A stretch of 62,361 bases of DNA, the filler included, from Basidiobolus meristosporus CBS 931.73 (taxonomy: Eukaryota > Fungi > Basidiobolomycota), in assembly GCA_002104905.1 (NCBI GenBank). It is 3 parts of 3 records of this genome, joined end to end, with 100 filler letters (N's around TTAATTAATTAA, not from the genome) between each part and the next. Parts side by side here need not be neighbours in the genome. Positions count along the whole stretch, not along the records: positions 1 to 23,666 come from MCFE01000962.1; positions 23,767 to 39,503 come from MCFE01001139.1; 1 more part is not named here. The stretch is one strand, 5' to 3'. Shown in pieces: positions 21,433 through 33,700 of this stretch. A program made the position numbers and the translations under genes. How positions within the stretch are numbered: position 1 is the first letter of the stretch; each line of letters opens with the position of its first letter. The notes below the pieces were generated by a model. It was not told where the DNA came from. It saw only the letters and a list, made by a program, of their open reading frames with translations, and did not search any database.

Positions 21433-23666
21433 TTAGGGGGGAGACAGTCACCAACAGGTGAAATCTTTATTTCAGCTGAAACAAAGAAGCCAGCGCTACT
21501 GTTGTAGCTTTGATACAAGAGTGTGTAGCTGAGGGGAATTTGTAGGTAAGTTAATAAGAAGTGATGATAGTTCTTCAGTGCTCAAGACACTGTTCAGTGG
21601 GAAGGGGGGTAGCAAGAGAGGTAAGAATGACTTGTGAACAACATTAATGAGGGGAATGTGATAAGGATTGATATTCATCATAAAGGGAGTGTGCTGCTGC
21701 AGATATTGCTGCCAAAGGTCTGTCAAGTACTTCAGGTAGGCCAGCTTGGGTTTTTCTGACTGCAGAATAAATTCAGCAAACTTCTTGACTTCAGGATCTC
21801 CAAGTATAGTTCTCCAGCAGGAGTCAGGTGTAGTGTGGTGTGTTCTCTTCCAGGCCTTAATCAGTGGGTTGTTGCAGTTGTGAAGTCTGAGGTATAATCT
21901 GGTTCTAAGGTAGAGAAGTCTGATCTTATAGGGCATAAACCCAAAAGCACCAAGAATAGCATGTCTGTAGGGGCATTCAGGCAAATGAGGCACCAAGGAG
22001 GTAATGCACCATACTGCAAACTTGTCAAGCTTAGTGCAGTCTCTAGAAGTAAGAGAGAGAAGTGGTAAGCCAAATTCCAGGACAGGGAAGACAAACTGCT
22101 TGAGTAGAAGGAGGCAGCTGGGAGCTGAAGTTGTAGGAGGAGTAACAGCCAGTAGCTTGTGGAGTGCCTGTCTTGCCAGGATAATTCTCTTCTTCAGGTG
22201 TGCTCCAGAGTCTAGTCCAGTAGGAAGGAAAGGAAAGCCAAGATATGTAGCAGAAACCTGAGCAGGTAGAGTGGAGTTCTCCAAGTTGATGGGAGAGCCC
22301 AAAGGTACTGTCTTTGCAATGGAAAGCTGGAGATTATTCTTCTGCAGATACTGGTGGATGGTCTGGGAGTCTTGTTGCACATTGGAGGAGGATATTCTGA
22401 TGTCATCAGCAAAGAGAGTAACCAGGCAGTCAGCTGAGAGTCTTGGGAAATCATTCAGGAAGATGGCAAACAGTATAGGACCAAGCACAGAGCCTTGAAC
22501 CACTCCATTAGGAACTGAGAACACAGCTGATTGCTCACTTGGGTGCAGAATTCTTGCTTGTGGATCCAGAAACAGAGACCTGACAAGGAGGGTGAGAGAG
22601 GTACTGGAGAAGCATTGCAACTTGGACCAAAGCAGATTTCTGTCAACTGAATCAAAGGCCTTAGTAATATCAAACAGAACAGAGGGATACTTGCACTGGA
22701 GAGAGTGATCTTGGCTAAGTATGACTGCATATTCCAAGGAGAGGCCAGGAACAAAGCCAAACTGTGCAGGATGAAACTTGAGGGAGTCAGAGTAGAGCTC
22801 CTGAGCAAGCAGAAGCTCAAACACCTTTCTGCAGGTGGGCAGCAGAGATATTGGCCTGTAGGAGCTAGGATCCAGGTGCTTTCCTTTACCCTTGTACAGT
22901 GGCAGAACATTTGCAAAGGACCATTCCTCAGGAGTAGAAAGCTGGGCTGAGCATTGCTGAAACAGTGGAAGCAGAAGTGCAGACATGGCCTTGGTACTAG
23001 TCTTCAGAAGCTCATAGGAGATTGTGTCCACACCTGGAGCAGTAGAGTTGGGAAGCCTCTTGAGCACATTATGGATTCTCCTTTGATCAAGTGCAAGTGG
23101 GATGGGCAGAGTCTTGAAGTCAGGATGAAAGCCAGGAGTTGAGTACTGCTTTGTAGAGAAGAAGATGTTAGCCAGCTGTTCTGTTGAAGGTAACTTCCTG
23201 GAAGAGGGCCTCATTGCCCTGTAGAGTCTTGATACTGTTCTTGTTATAGAGTTAGAAGATTGCAGAGGCAAAGAACTCATAATATGATCCCAGAGCTGAG
23301 TATGCAGAGTGTGGTGAATTGTCTTGGAGTGGTGCTATTGCTGTCAGGAGGAGTTTCTCTGTTTTTGGGTTAGGGAAACTCAGGTAGCTTTGTTGCAGGG
23401 CTGAAACAATGGATTCCCATTTTCTTGAGGTAACAGCAGTAGTCTTGCATGGCAGTGAGAGGGAGGCAGACACCAGAATCAGATGCTTCACAAAGAGCCA
23501 GGCATAGTTGAGATCATCTGGCAGAGAAAGTAGCAAACTGGCAAGCTTCAAGTAGTTCCCAAAGTCTTTCTTCTGATTCTTGGTAGCTTTGTGGGTGAGC
23601 ACAGTAAGTTTTGGCAGCTTCTTCTTCACAACTGGTTGTATAGAAAGGGACCAGGCTGGGTGGTCA
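21433..23666 (-). mobile_element. Telomeric LINE family L, copy L3 (frameshifted; runs into the gap)
   Basis: Near-identical to L2; one extra base (ggtgctattg vs ggtgtattg, near 23335) splits the ORF into 21496-23280 and 23252-23629. Confidence 0.92.
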
Positions 23667-23766
23667 NNNNNNNNNNNNNNNNNNNNNNNNNNNNNNNNNN
23701 NNNNNNNNNNTTAATTAATTAANNNNNNNNNNNNNNNNNNNNNNNNNNNNNNNNNNNNNNNNNNNN
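23667..23766. other. Scaffold gap with artificial TTAATTAATTAA spacer
   Basis: 100-nt N run containing a six-frame-stop linker; identical layout at 39504-39603. Confidence 0.95.
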
Positions 23767-24421
23767 CAACCAACACTCTCCAACCGACCGAGGTGGCCAT
23801 ACCCAAACTCATGCATTCGACCACAAGGATACCGATGACAGTGTTGAACTGGTTGCAAGTACCGAAAGTACCACGGGTCTTGATGGGGGCCACTTCACCG
23901 ATGTACGTGGGCAGGATGACAGCACCGTGACCGCAAGCAAATCCGATCAAGAAACGACCGCAAATCCACATACCGGGGTTAATGGACATGCCCATCAAAA
24001 GCCCGCCCAGCACGAAGAAGAAGTTGTTTCCGATCATGGCGAGGCGACGTCCGTACTTCTCCTGGGTGTAGCCGGCCAGCATACATCCAAAAGTGCCGCC
24101 AAGAGCTGAGTTGCCCACGGCGAAACCCCACAGCCAGCTGCCCATATCGAAGCAATGAGGAAATCTACCATCAAGCTTGACATTGTTTGTGGGACAATTC
24201 CGGATAGAGTCAGAAGCTAGAAATCAAGTCAGAGAGATGAATAAAACCCCTCGCATAAACAGTCACCGGGCGTACTTACTGATATTGGTGGATGAGGTGG
24301 TGAAACCACTGGAGAACATCACAATGCATGCAACCAGGGTACAAAAGAGGGCGAATGGAGGATAGCTGACGTTCCTAGAGTCATTGGGGCTTCTCCTTTC
24401 CTCGGACGCACTGGAGTCCAT
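23767..24421 (-). CDS. MFS sugar porter (GLUT-like), 5' part only; cut by the gap
   Basis: ATG at 24421, exon 1 ...FSSGFTTSSTNI, intron gtaagt...ttctag, then QEKYGRR, CGRFLIG, PTYIGEVAPIKTRG, NQFNTVIGI. Confidence 0.88.
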
Positions 24422-26197
24422 GTTTCAAGTAGTTGATAGAGAGTTCCGAAGTCGGTAAAATGTTTGGCTTTCTAAATTCCTCAGAAAACCTATTGCTTGT
24501 TGGGATTGAGGGGTTCGATGGGCGACTTTTATTTCTTCGTTGACTAGGATGTCCTGGTATTTGAATTCCCGAATGATAATTTTGGTTGGAATCATGTCGT
24601 CGTCGCGGTTGTGACTTGGGCTAGGTTGTGATCGGAGATCTAAATCGGGCTCACCTCTCTTTTTGCCAGACTCTATATGGTAGTCTCTTCGCCCCATATA
24701 GAGCACATCTATCTTGATATGGAAATTATAGCACCTATTTAATGTGGCTTTCGTTTTCAAAAACCACCCAAAAGTATCTCGACATACCTCCTTTGTCAGG
24801 AAAAGAGTCCATTGGTTGGGTTATTGATACCAAAGAGTCGTTAAAATTCCTTTGTACGGAATAACCGCTTGATACGCATTCGATTACCATCACCAACATA
24901 AGGCAGCACATTGTGTGGATGCCACAATACTTATCTACACGAAAACGTAGATCTGTGTGGGCCATTCTCTCCAGATACAGACATACTGTTTCAGTTGTTT
25001 ACTCGGGGAAGGGGAATATTAGCACTGATGGTTTGAAGGTCCAATAGTGCCAAGTCTCGCCAAGCCTGGATTTGCCAGCGTCTCCGGGATTTTGCTCTTC
25101 TAACCATAGGGCAAGACAAGTGTCTACCTTGAAATTTCATCGGGCCACGGTATATGACGGTATAAACACAGATCCCCGTTTGAGGAAGGCCGTTGGTGGA
25201 TTTGCCTCATTGGTAGAACAGCCAAGCCTCCTTGGAGAAACAACCGTATTTAGCCTTAGGTTTCGCAGCTTATGGTCATTCTGGTATAATCAATCTTCCA
25301 AATATGGCATGCTTATGTGGAAAGTCTCCCCAAGAATCTTCATTAAGATCACGAGGTGCGAATCTAGAGCTATGCCAGCTTCGATTGGGTTTTTTTTGAC
25401 ACGCTGACTAGAGCTGAACTTGATTTTCAGTAAATCTCCACTAATTAATATAATAGAAGTGGGTGCGTGGATTCGGATTTGGGCTTGGATAATATCCATG
25501 TATAGAATGATTCAAAGTACTCCAGAGTTGGGTTGGATTTACTGGATTTGGGCTACCCACTTTGGAACAGGTCAGATAGAGATATACATGTTCACTCTAA
25601 TTTCGCTCACCAAACAGTTATTGGATGTCTTAATGACCCTAGCAAAACATTCAGCAACCATTCAGTAGCTTCAGGGTACGAACACCATTGAAAGCCGGTA
25701 GGCTGCTGTATAGTATTTCTATAAATAGAGATAGCAAGGGGTGAGTTCTACATGGGTGGTCATGTAAAGATCTTCAACGTCCCCACTTGGCCAAATTACT
25801 TCCAGCTATAAAAACACGTATATGAATAATTCAGTAGAACACAAACCCGGTAATCTGGCTGATTGGTGATGCAAACTGATATTTGAACTTCGCCCAGTAG
25901 GCTCTATCACAATTAACAAACAGATTATAAAAACGGAGTAATTTGGTACAAAGCTCTTGTTTGATAAGCCGGAAATGAACTTGAACACTACATTGATTTT
26001 TGATGATGTTGTAGCAATTATTCAGTTTGACACCTAAATCTTCCATGTATCTCAAGTTTGTATTTCGCAAATTGCTACATTATGGATTAGCCAATTTCTA
26101 TTATATAAAATATAGAAAGTTAAGGAAGTTTCCGGCCTGGTCCAAATGATGCCAAACATTGTGCACTGCTTCCCAAGACCCTTTTCGAAGTATTATA

Positions 26198-26545
26198 TGT
26201 TGTAGATATTGTAATTACACCCAAATATTCACCCAAACTAGTCACTGAGATCATTGTCTACAAATCTTAGAGAATACTGACCAAATTCTTTTTTGGAATA
26301 TACTTGCAACATTTTCACCAAAATATCAGGTACCCAGAACATTGGATATTGATAAGTTGTCCAAACAGCCCCACACTTTGCACATATGCTCTTGGGACTT
26401 TCCTAGGTATTTTCAATGTGTTTTTTTTTTGCCAAGACCATGAAAAATATAAGCACTACTCTTACATTCAATAAATCATAAGTGAAAACCACATAATCCA
26501 CTTGCTCTCTCTATTACTTCCAGTGTTTCCAAGACTCTTACAGCA
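26198..26545 (+). mobile_element. Solo copia-family LTR
   Basis: TGTTG...CAGCA termini; similar to the 350-bp LTR; TSD TTATA on both sides. Confidence 0.88.
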
Positions 26546-26601
26546 TTATAATCATTAATTAAGCAGAGTTTGCCTACTTCATAAAGCAAGTGTATATCTG
26601 A

Positions 26602-27905
26602 TGTAAAAGTCTTGGAAGCACTGGAAGTAATAGAGAGAGCAAGTGGATTATGTGGTTTTCACTTATGATTTATTGAATGTAAGAGTAGTATTTAAGCTTT
26701 AGATGGCCTTGGCAAAAAAAAAACGTTGAAAATACCAGGTATCCAGAACATGAAAATTCTCAAAGTTGTCCAAACAGCCCCAAACTTTGAACACATGTTC
26801 TTGGGACCTTCCTTAACCTATTCTACGTGTTTGTAATGCCAAGACCAGGTAAAAGTATAAATGCTACTTTTACATACAATAAATCATTAAGTGAAAACCA
26901 CATAATCTACTTGTTCTCCCAATCACTTCCAATATCTCCAAGACTCTTACAACACTTAGATCATTACCCTCAAATACTAGAGAATATTGACCAAATTCCT
27001 TGTTGGATTTACTTAGAATATTTACCCAGAACATGAAAATTCTCAAAGTTGTCCAAACAAGTTTGGGGGCTTTTGGACAGCTTTGAGAAAGTTCATAATC
27101 TGGGTACATGATAGCTTGGTGAAAATATTCTAAGTAAAGCCCAACAAGAAATTTGGTCAGGCCAGAATGCTAATCAAAGAACAAGATATATGTGACTAAG
27201 TTAGCATGAATATTTAGGTGACAACTTAATAACTACAACACAATTTTGTCTATAGCTAATGATATGATAAATATGTCTGCAATCCCTTTGTCTGTGGGAC
27301 AGTAAGCTAAGTTAACTAAGTTATTCTCTATAGCTTCACCTATGAAATGATGCCTAATATCTATGTGCTTAGTGATGGCATCAAAAGCTGAATTTCTACC
27401 TAGGTGTATATATCCTTGATTGTCTTGAAATAAAGTAATAGGCGTTTTTTGATATAAGCATAAGTCTTCAAAATGCTTTCTAACCACATTACTTCCTTTT
27501 TAGCTTCACAGGCTGCCATATGCTCTGCCTCTGTGTTGGAGAGTGCTACAGTTAGCTGCTTTCTTGAATTCCATGTAGGTGAATATTTGGGTAGAATTGC
27601 TAATTCTCACAACAGTTTTCAGTTGGCAATTTGTTGAATGTAAAAGCGGTGTTTATCCCTTACTTGGTAATGAGAAAACTAACAGAAACAAAATGCTTAA
27701 AAGATCACAAGTGTATGTTTGCAAGGTTTGGAGGCCTTTGAATAGGTTTTTAAATTCACATGCTATAGGTACTTGACACTTTGGTGAAAATAATCTAAGT
27801 AAATCCCAACAAAGAATTTGGGCAAGATATAGTAGGCTTCATAGGCTAAGTTCTAAGTAACTAAGTTTATGGAATATTTAGGTGCAAGCACAAAATTTAC
27901 AACAA
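26602..27905. repeat. Scrambled cluster of copia LTR fragments in both orientations plus a minus-strand RNase H remnant
   Basis: Inverted LTR 3' half about 26602-26735; direct fragments about 26729-27058; inverted LTR 5' half about 27060-27240 joined to the RNase H remnant 27241-27580 (PITLFQDNQG..KHIDIRHH); another inverted LTR piece about 27778-27905. Confidence 0.8.
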
Positions 27906-28136
27906 TGTCAAGGCAGACTTTTAGTTCTCCCATTCACTTCCAATGCTGTCCATATTGTTGATGTGATGAGGTGGGCTTGTTGTTTATCAACAACATTTAT
28001 GGCTGCTTATTAGACCCATGTAAACAATCATGCACATATCATTAATTTGCTAGAAATCGATATTATGGTATATGAGAGTACTCTAAGCATTCCACAACAC
28101 ATTCTTACTCAAAGAACAAATAAAATAATCACTCTT

Positions 28137-28730
28137 CTAAGGCCACCTACCTGGGTTCATTACTGTTGTGCGCGCATTGCCTTTTGCTACGTAGCCCATT
28201 TCTGCAGTAACTGGTTGCCAATGAGGCTCACGCATGCCCTTATTGGTGATCCTCAGTGAACATTGAGATATCATCCAAGATGGGCCAGAATTGTTGACGT
28301 GCGGTTTTGGCTGATCCTGCAAGGGATGAGACTGATGCTGACATAGCTTCCGCATCAAATTTATGTTGATCGCCCCATTTTTCTTCAGTTGTGAACGGTG
28401 CTGTCGACTGCAATCGGCCAATATGCGTATCCTTGGTGGGTCGGGTAAGTGCTTTGAATGCCATCGTGGGCAAATCATAAGTGTTACCGAGGACAGCATC
28501 TGATATAGCACCGAAAGCGCCAGATATACCAGAGTCTTCGGGTCTCTCGTGAGTCAGAGCGATTATAAATTCAGCTTCTCCCTCCCCGGTAATCTCTATA
28601 TGATGCAAGGCCCCAGAGGGCGCATAGAATATTTGGCCACAACTTACTGTGAATGTACTGAACACACTGTCGTTCTCAAACATGGGTACTTCAACTTCAC
28701 CTCGTTAGCAATAAGCGAGTTCATTTCTAT
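28137..28730 (-). pseudogene. Bicupin (oxalate-decarboxylase-like) pseudogene, bacterial type
   Basis: NELAYC*RGEVEV..FSTFTVSCGQIFYAPSGALHHIE..HERPED..AISDAVLGNTYDLP..HKFDAE..QFWPILDDISM, frameshift, then LRITNKGMREPHWQPVTAEMGYV. One in-frame TAA, one frameshift, both ends truncated. Confidence 0.75.
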
Positions 28731-30784
28731 TCACTTAGATCGTTGACAAAGAGAGGAACAAACCTTCATCGGAATCAATCAAATTGAATACTGTCTCCGT
28801 TTAGACTTCACTTGACTTTTATAGTGATGGGGGAACGGCCCTTGGGCTGGACCGTAGCGTAGCATATGATCGTCCGCAGGTTGCGGGGAAAAAGGGCATG
28901 GTGATCTTGTGATGCTGTATTTGCTCACTAATTTAGCAGTTTTGACCATATGCCATGTTATATATTTCTAGAAAATAGTGGGGGTTGTGATACATCGATT
29001 TGATTCAGCCAATTATTATCGATTACCTCACATGGCCATACCTATTATGAGAGCAAATCTTTTACCAGCCCGCTTTTCGGCGAAAATTGGCCAGTATTAT
29101 TTATCTAGCGCTGGGATGGATATTAAGAAATAGTTATGCCACGTTGAGAAACTGCCAAACATAGCAGAGAGTTTTGAAAACTAAATGTTAATTGATGGAG
29201 ATAAACGTATCACTTTATGTCAGGATGCAGTTTGTTACTGTTTCCCAGTAATATCAACCCATGGTTGGGTACAGAGGGTAATTTCCATATTTCCACAACC
29301 CTCGAATTAACCACGTTCAAAGCTCCAGCAACTAAATCCTGTGATATCAAGTTTTCAGCTAGTTACCCTGGAAAGGATTATCGTCATATGGGTGTGATGC
29401 TAGGTAGTATACTCCGGAAAGGATTGTCGACATATGGGTGTGATGCGTATCTCCACGAAATGAATAAAATGCTCACAACAACGGCGTACCAACGGAGCAA
29501 TAAGAAAGATTCCGGAGTTGCTTCAAATGTGAGATACCTTACTTGGCCATTCTGCAAAGTCCACTCTTCACCAGTTAGGAACTGCGGATTAAGAGCTTTT
29601 GAGTGGTTGAGACCGGTTAAAACTAGTGTTATGGGGATCGTTGACATTGGCTGTACCAGAAATGGCAAAAAAGCCTGATTCAATGCAATCAAATGTTTTT
29701 ACCGAGAATTTTCGAAAAGAATTCGAGCTACAGACAACCCCCAACTAATCTAGAAACCATTCATTTGGATGGTGCGTGTTGCAGTAGAGATTTGTTGCCA
29801 GGTACGCTGAATAAATCGGAAATTGCCATGTAGATGAATGTATACATGTGTAATTTCCAAGTGAACCGTAGAATCTAATTAAATACAGTCGACTAGATAG
29901 ATATAGGCGGAGTGAGAAACATATGTTATTCGGCTTTGGAATTATCGCCAGCGCTTACTCTGACGATGATTAGTACCTGACCTTGGTCCAGTTACTTGAT
30001 ACTCGAGGGATTTCATTGGAGTTGCTACTACTAATATTGGTGGAAGGTCTTTGAATGAGACACCGATGATTTATTGGGATCTAGAATGCGGGATTAGCAC
30101 AATATTGTCCGCCACATTAGGACTATCTTTTACTGCAAGAACCATATTGACGTATGTTGCCCTTTGCTCCGAGACCCTCATAGGTTGCTGGGTTACTTCC
30201 CTAGCTTGCATCAAAGGGCAGTCCAGCTCTGTCATCTAAAAATAGAAGTCAATAGAACGCAGGGTGCACTCCTTATTTATGGAAAGCAACCAATCAACCG
30301 CATCGAAAGTGTGGGCCAATTTCCACTTCATCCGATACATTGATGAACACAAATACTCGTTTATTGGATAGTCACTCGCGTATGACGTCAAAATGATATC
30401 ATACTCGCTGAACTAAAAGAGTAATCCAGTATTCGTATCACTCTGGAGTGCTTATTCTTATCCACGTGGTTTCCCTCAAGCCAGCTTCATCTCTTTTCTG
30501 AAGCAGTTCTCCTTAACTTTCCTAGCCAGGTTTGTTTGCAAAAAGTACTTGAGAACGAGCTTTTCCACCTATTTCCTTGGATTACAATTACATGCCCTTG
30601 ATTTTACCTGCTAGTCTCTTCCCATCCCTTGTTTCCGGTTTCTACTTTTTATACCATAGTTTACCTTAACACGTATTTACATACCGCTGACTGACTGACT
30701 TACTTCCTTAGAGTGTTCTTTATCTTGTTTAATATTTACTAATTCTTTTCCCACAACCTTCTTCCCTACCCCCATCAAATTGCA

Positions 30785-33700
30785 ATGTCCACCGCGTTTA
30801 TGAGATATCTCGGCGACGCCCTATTGGCCTCCAGCTCGATCGATCCTAGAGAACACTATTTTTCTTCCACGTATAGCCTCTCAGAAGAGGAAAAGCGCAT
30901 CGAGGTAGCATTGCAGCAAGTGCTACGTCGACAGCATTTCCTGGAGCAGGAGCTCAAGAAATGTCAATACCATCATAACGAAAACTGTGTAGATGAGCAA
31001 CCATACGTTGACACCACAAACCATAGCTGTGGTATTGAGCAATATCAATACACCACCGTTCCACCAAAGGAGGTGAATATGGAACTTGAGATACCAGGCT
31101 CATTACAGTTATATATATCCCACCCGGTTCCCTCTTTTCCCAGCCATACATCCTCACAACTCTCGGAAAAATCCCTATCTACATGTACATCTGCTTCAGG
31201 GGAAGAGTACGAGAGCGATGCCGACACACACCTTCCTAGAAAAAATCTGGCCGAGTCCTATCTGGATGATTGTACTAGTGTCATATTAGCGATCTCCAAC
31301 GGCGATCTATCCAAGAGAGTGACATCAACCGCCGACGGTGGGTCTGCCCTGATTTTGAAGGATGCGATAAACACCATGGCAGACCGTTTGACAGCATTTA
31401 CTGACGAGATGATGATCATTGGAAAGGAAAGCCCTCACCAGAGCCCAGCCCAACCATGGGATGGAGCATGGAAAGAAGCCATACAACATGTCGATCAAGT
31501 CGTCGCCAGACATTCCAAAGAGATGCAGGATATCATCGGGGTGTGCCAAGCAGTCTCCCACGGGGACCTATCCAAGAAGGTCACGGTGGATGTCGAAGGG
31601 GAGACCTTGGTACTGAAAGAGCTGATCAACACCATGGTGGACCAATTGGGCTGCTTTTTCTCCGAGGTGATTCGAGTCACTCATGAAGTAGGAACACAAG
31701 GCAGACTTAGTAAGCGTGCTGAAGTGTTTGGCACCCATGGTTCCTGGAAATACCTAACCGACAACATCAACCTGATGGCCTCGAACCTATCGAACCAAGT
31801 CCGAGACATCACAAACGTGAGTAAAGCGATAGCACAGGGAGACTTCTCGAAGCAAATCACGGTGGAGGTTGATGGAGAGCTGTTGGATTTGAAGCTGGTC
31901 ATCAATGCCATGGTGGTTAAACTCGGGGCGTTCGTCTCGGAGGTGACAAGGGTCGGCTACGAGGTTGGCACTGAGGGGAAGTTGGGAGGCCAAGTGGTTG
32001 TGGAGGATATCGGCGGTGCGTGGAAAGAGATGGCGGACAACGTGAATTTGATGGTGTCTAACCTTACCGCGCAGGCCAGAGATGTGGCCCTGGTGAGCAA
32101 AGCCATTGCCGTAGGCGATTTATCCAAGAAGATCACCGTCAATGTCGGAGGAGAGATCAACGAACTCAAAACCACCATCAACACGATGGTGGACAAACTA
32201 CGAACATTCGTATCCGAGGTGACCAGGGTTACCCACGAGGTTGGAACTGAGTGGAAACTGGGCGGCCAAGCCATTGCGATAGATGTTGCCGGAACATGGA
32301 AGGAGCTGACGGAGAGCCTCAATATGATGGCATACAACGTTACCAACCAGGTTCGAGACATTGTCACTGTGAGCAAAGCGTTTGCCACCGGGGATCTCTC
32401 CAAGAAGGTCTCGGTGAACGTGCAAGGGGAAATACTGGATCTTAAACTGACGATCAACACCATTGTGGATCAACTTCGGACCCTCAACGAAGAAGTTTAC
32501 CGAGTTGCCACGGAGATCGGCATCGAAGGGAAACTCGGCGGACAGGCTGTCGTTCAAAACGCAGGCGGCACCTGGAAAAACCTAACCGATAGCATCAATA
32601 TGATGACCTTGAACCTGACCGATCAGATCCGGGACATTGCCTACGTCAACCGAGCAATCACCGCCGGTGACCTCTCAAAGAAGGTGACGATTGACGTGAA
32701 GGGGGAGATGTTGGATTTGAAAAGTAGCATCAACACGATGGTAGATCAGTTGCACTCGTTTAAAACGGAGGTGACCAGAATGTCGCTCGAGATGGGCACC
32801 CAAGGCAAACTTGGGGGCCAGATAGCGATGAAGGACGTCTCTGGCGTCTGGGAGGAGCTGACCCTGAGTGTCAACGATCTGTCCACAAACCTTGCGAAGC
32901 AGATGCGTTCGATCACCGCAGTGACGAATGCCGTTGCCAGCGGGGACCTCTCGAAAAAGATCACCCTCGAGGTGAAGGGGGAGGTGAACGAGCTCAAGAC
33001 AACCGTCAACTCACTGGTAGACCAACTCCACAATGTTGTCTCCGAAGTGAAACGAGTTACCTACGAGATTGGCGTGGAAGGTAAGCTGGGTGGGCAAGCT
33101 ACTGTGCACGGCGTTGAAGGCACGTGGAAAGAGTTGACTGACAGTGTGAATGCTATGGCTGGTAACATGACTAGTCAAGTTCGGGACATCGCCAACGTCA
33201 CCAAAGCGGCGACACGCGGTGACTATTCCCTGACAACCACCACCAACGTGAGAGGAGAGATCTTGGGGTTGAAAGACACCATCAACGATATGGTCCATCA
33301 ATTGAACACCTTCTATGTGGAGCTCAACCGTATCTCGGCAGAAGCAGAGTCACTTAGCAGACCTGATGAGCAAGAGCCGACTGAAGATAGCATCAAAGAT
33401 GGGGCGGCCACTGAAGGCGAGGGTGGCAAAGAAGAAACCGATGCAGAGATCCACAAACTTATTGTCAACAGTTTATTTAACAACGTCCGAGAGACTATCC
33501 GGAGGAGTCACGCGGCGAGGGAAACGGCGGAACTGGCCAATCGATCAAAGAGCGACTTCCTGGCCACCATGTCTCATGAGATTCGAACCCCTATGAATGG
33601 CATCATCGGGATGACACAGCTTGCGCTAGACGCCGATCTAACCGGCCAACAGAGAGAGAATCTGACGATTGTCAGTCAGCTGGCAGGCACGTTGCTCTGT

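Noticed and set aside
14545-21441. CRISPR-like pattern of a recurring motif with variable intervening sequence
   Set aside because: Eukaryotic context; the intervening pieces are 90-2500-bp retroelement bodies and there are no cas genes.
23711-23722. TTAATTAATTAA palindrome (also 39548-39559)
   Set aside because: Artificial six-frame-stop spacer inside N gaps.
24425-26070. Series of short minus-strand ORFs suggesting a decayed gene
   Set aside because: No recognisable domain or consistent frame.
29217-29692. Overlapping ORFs on both strands
   Set aside because: No motif, splice structure or homologue recognisable.
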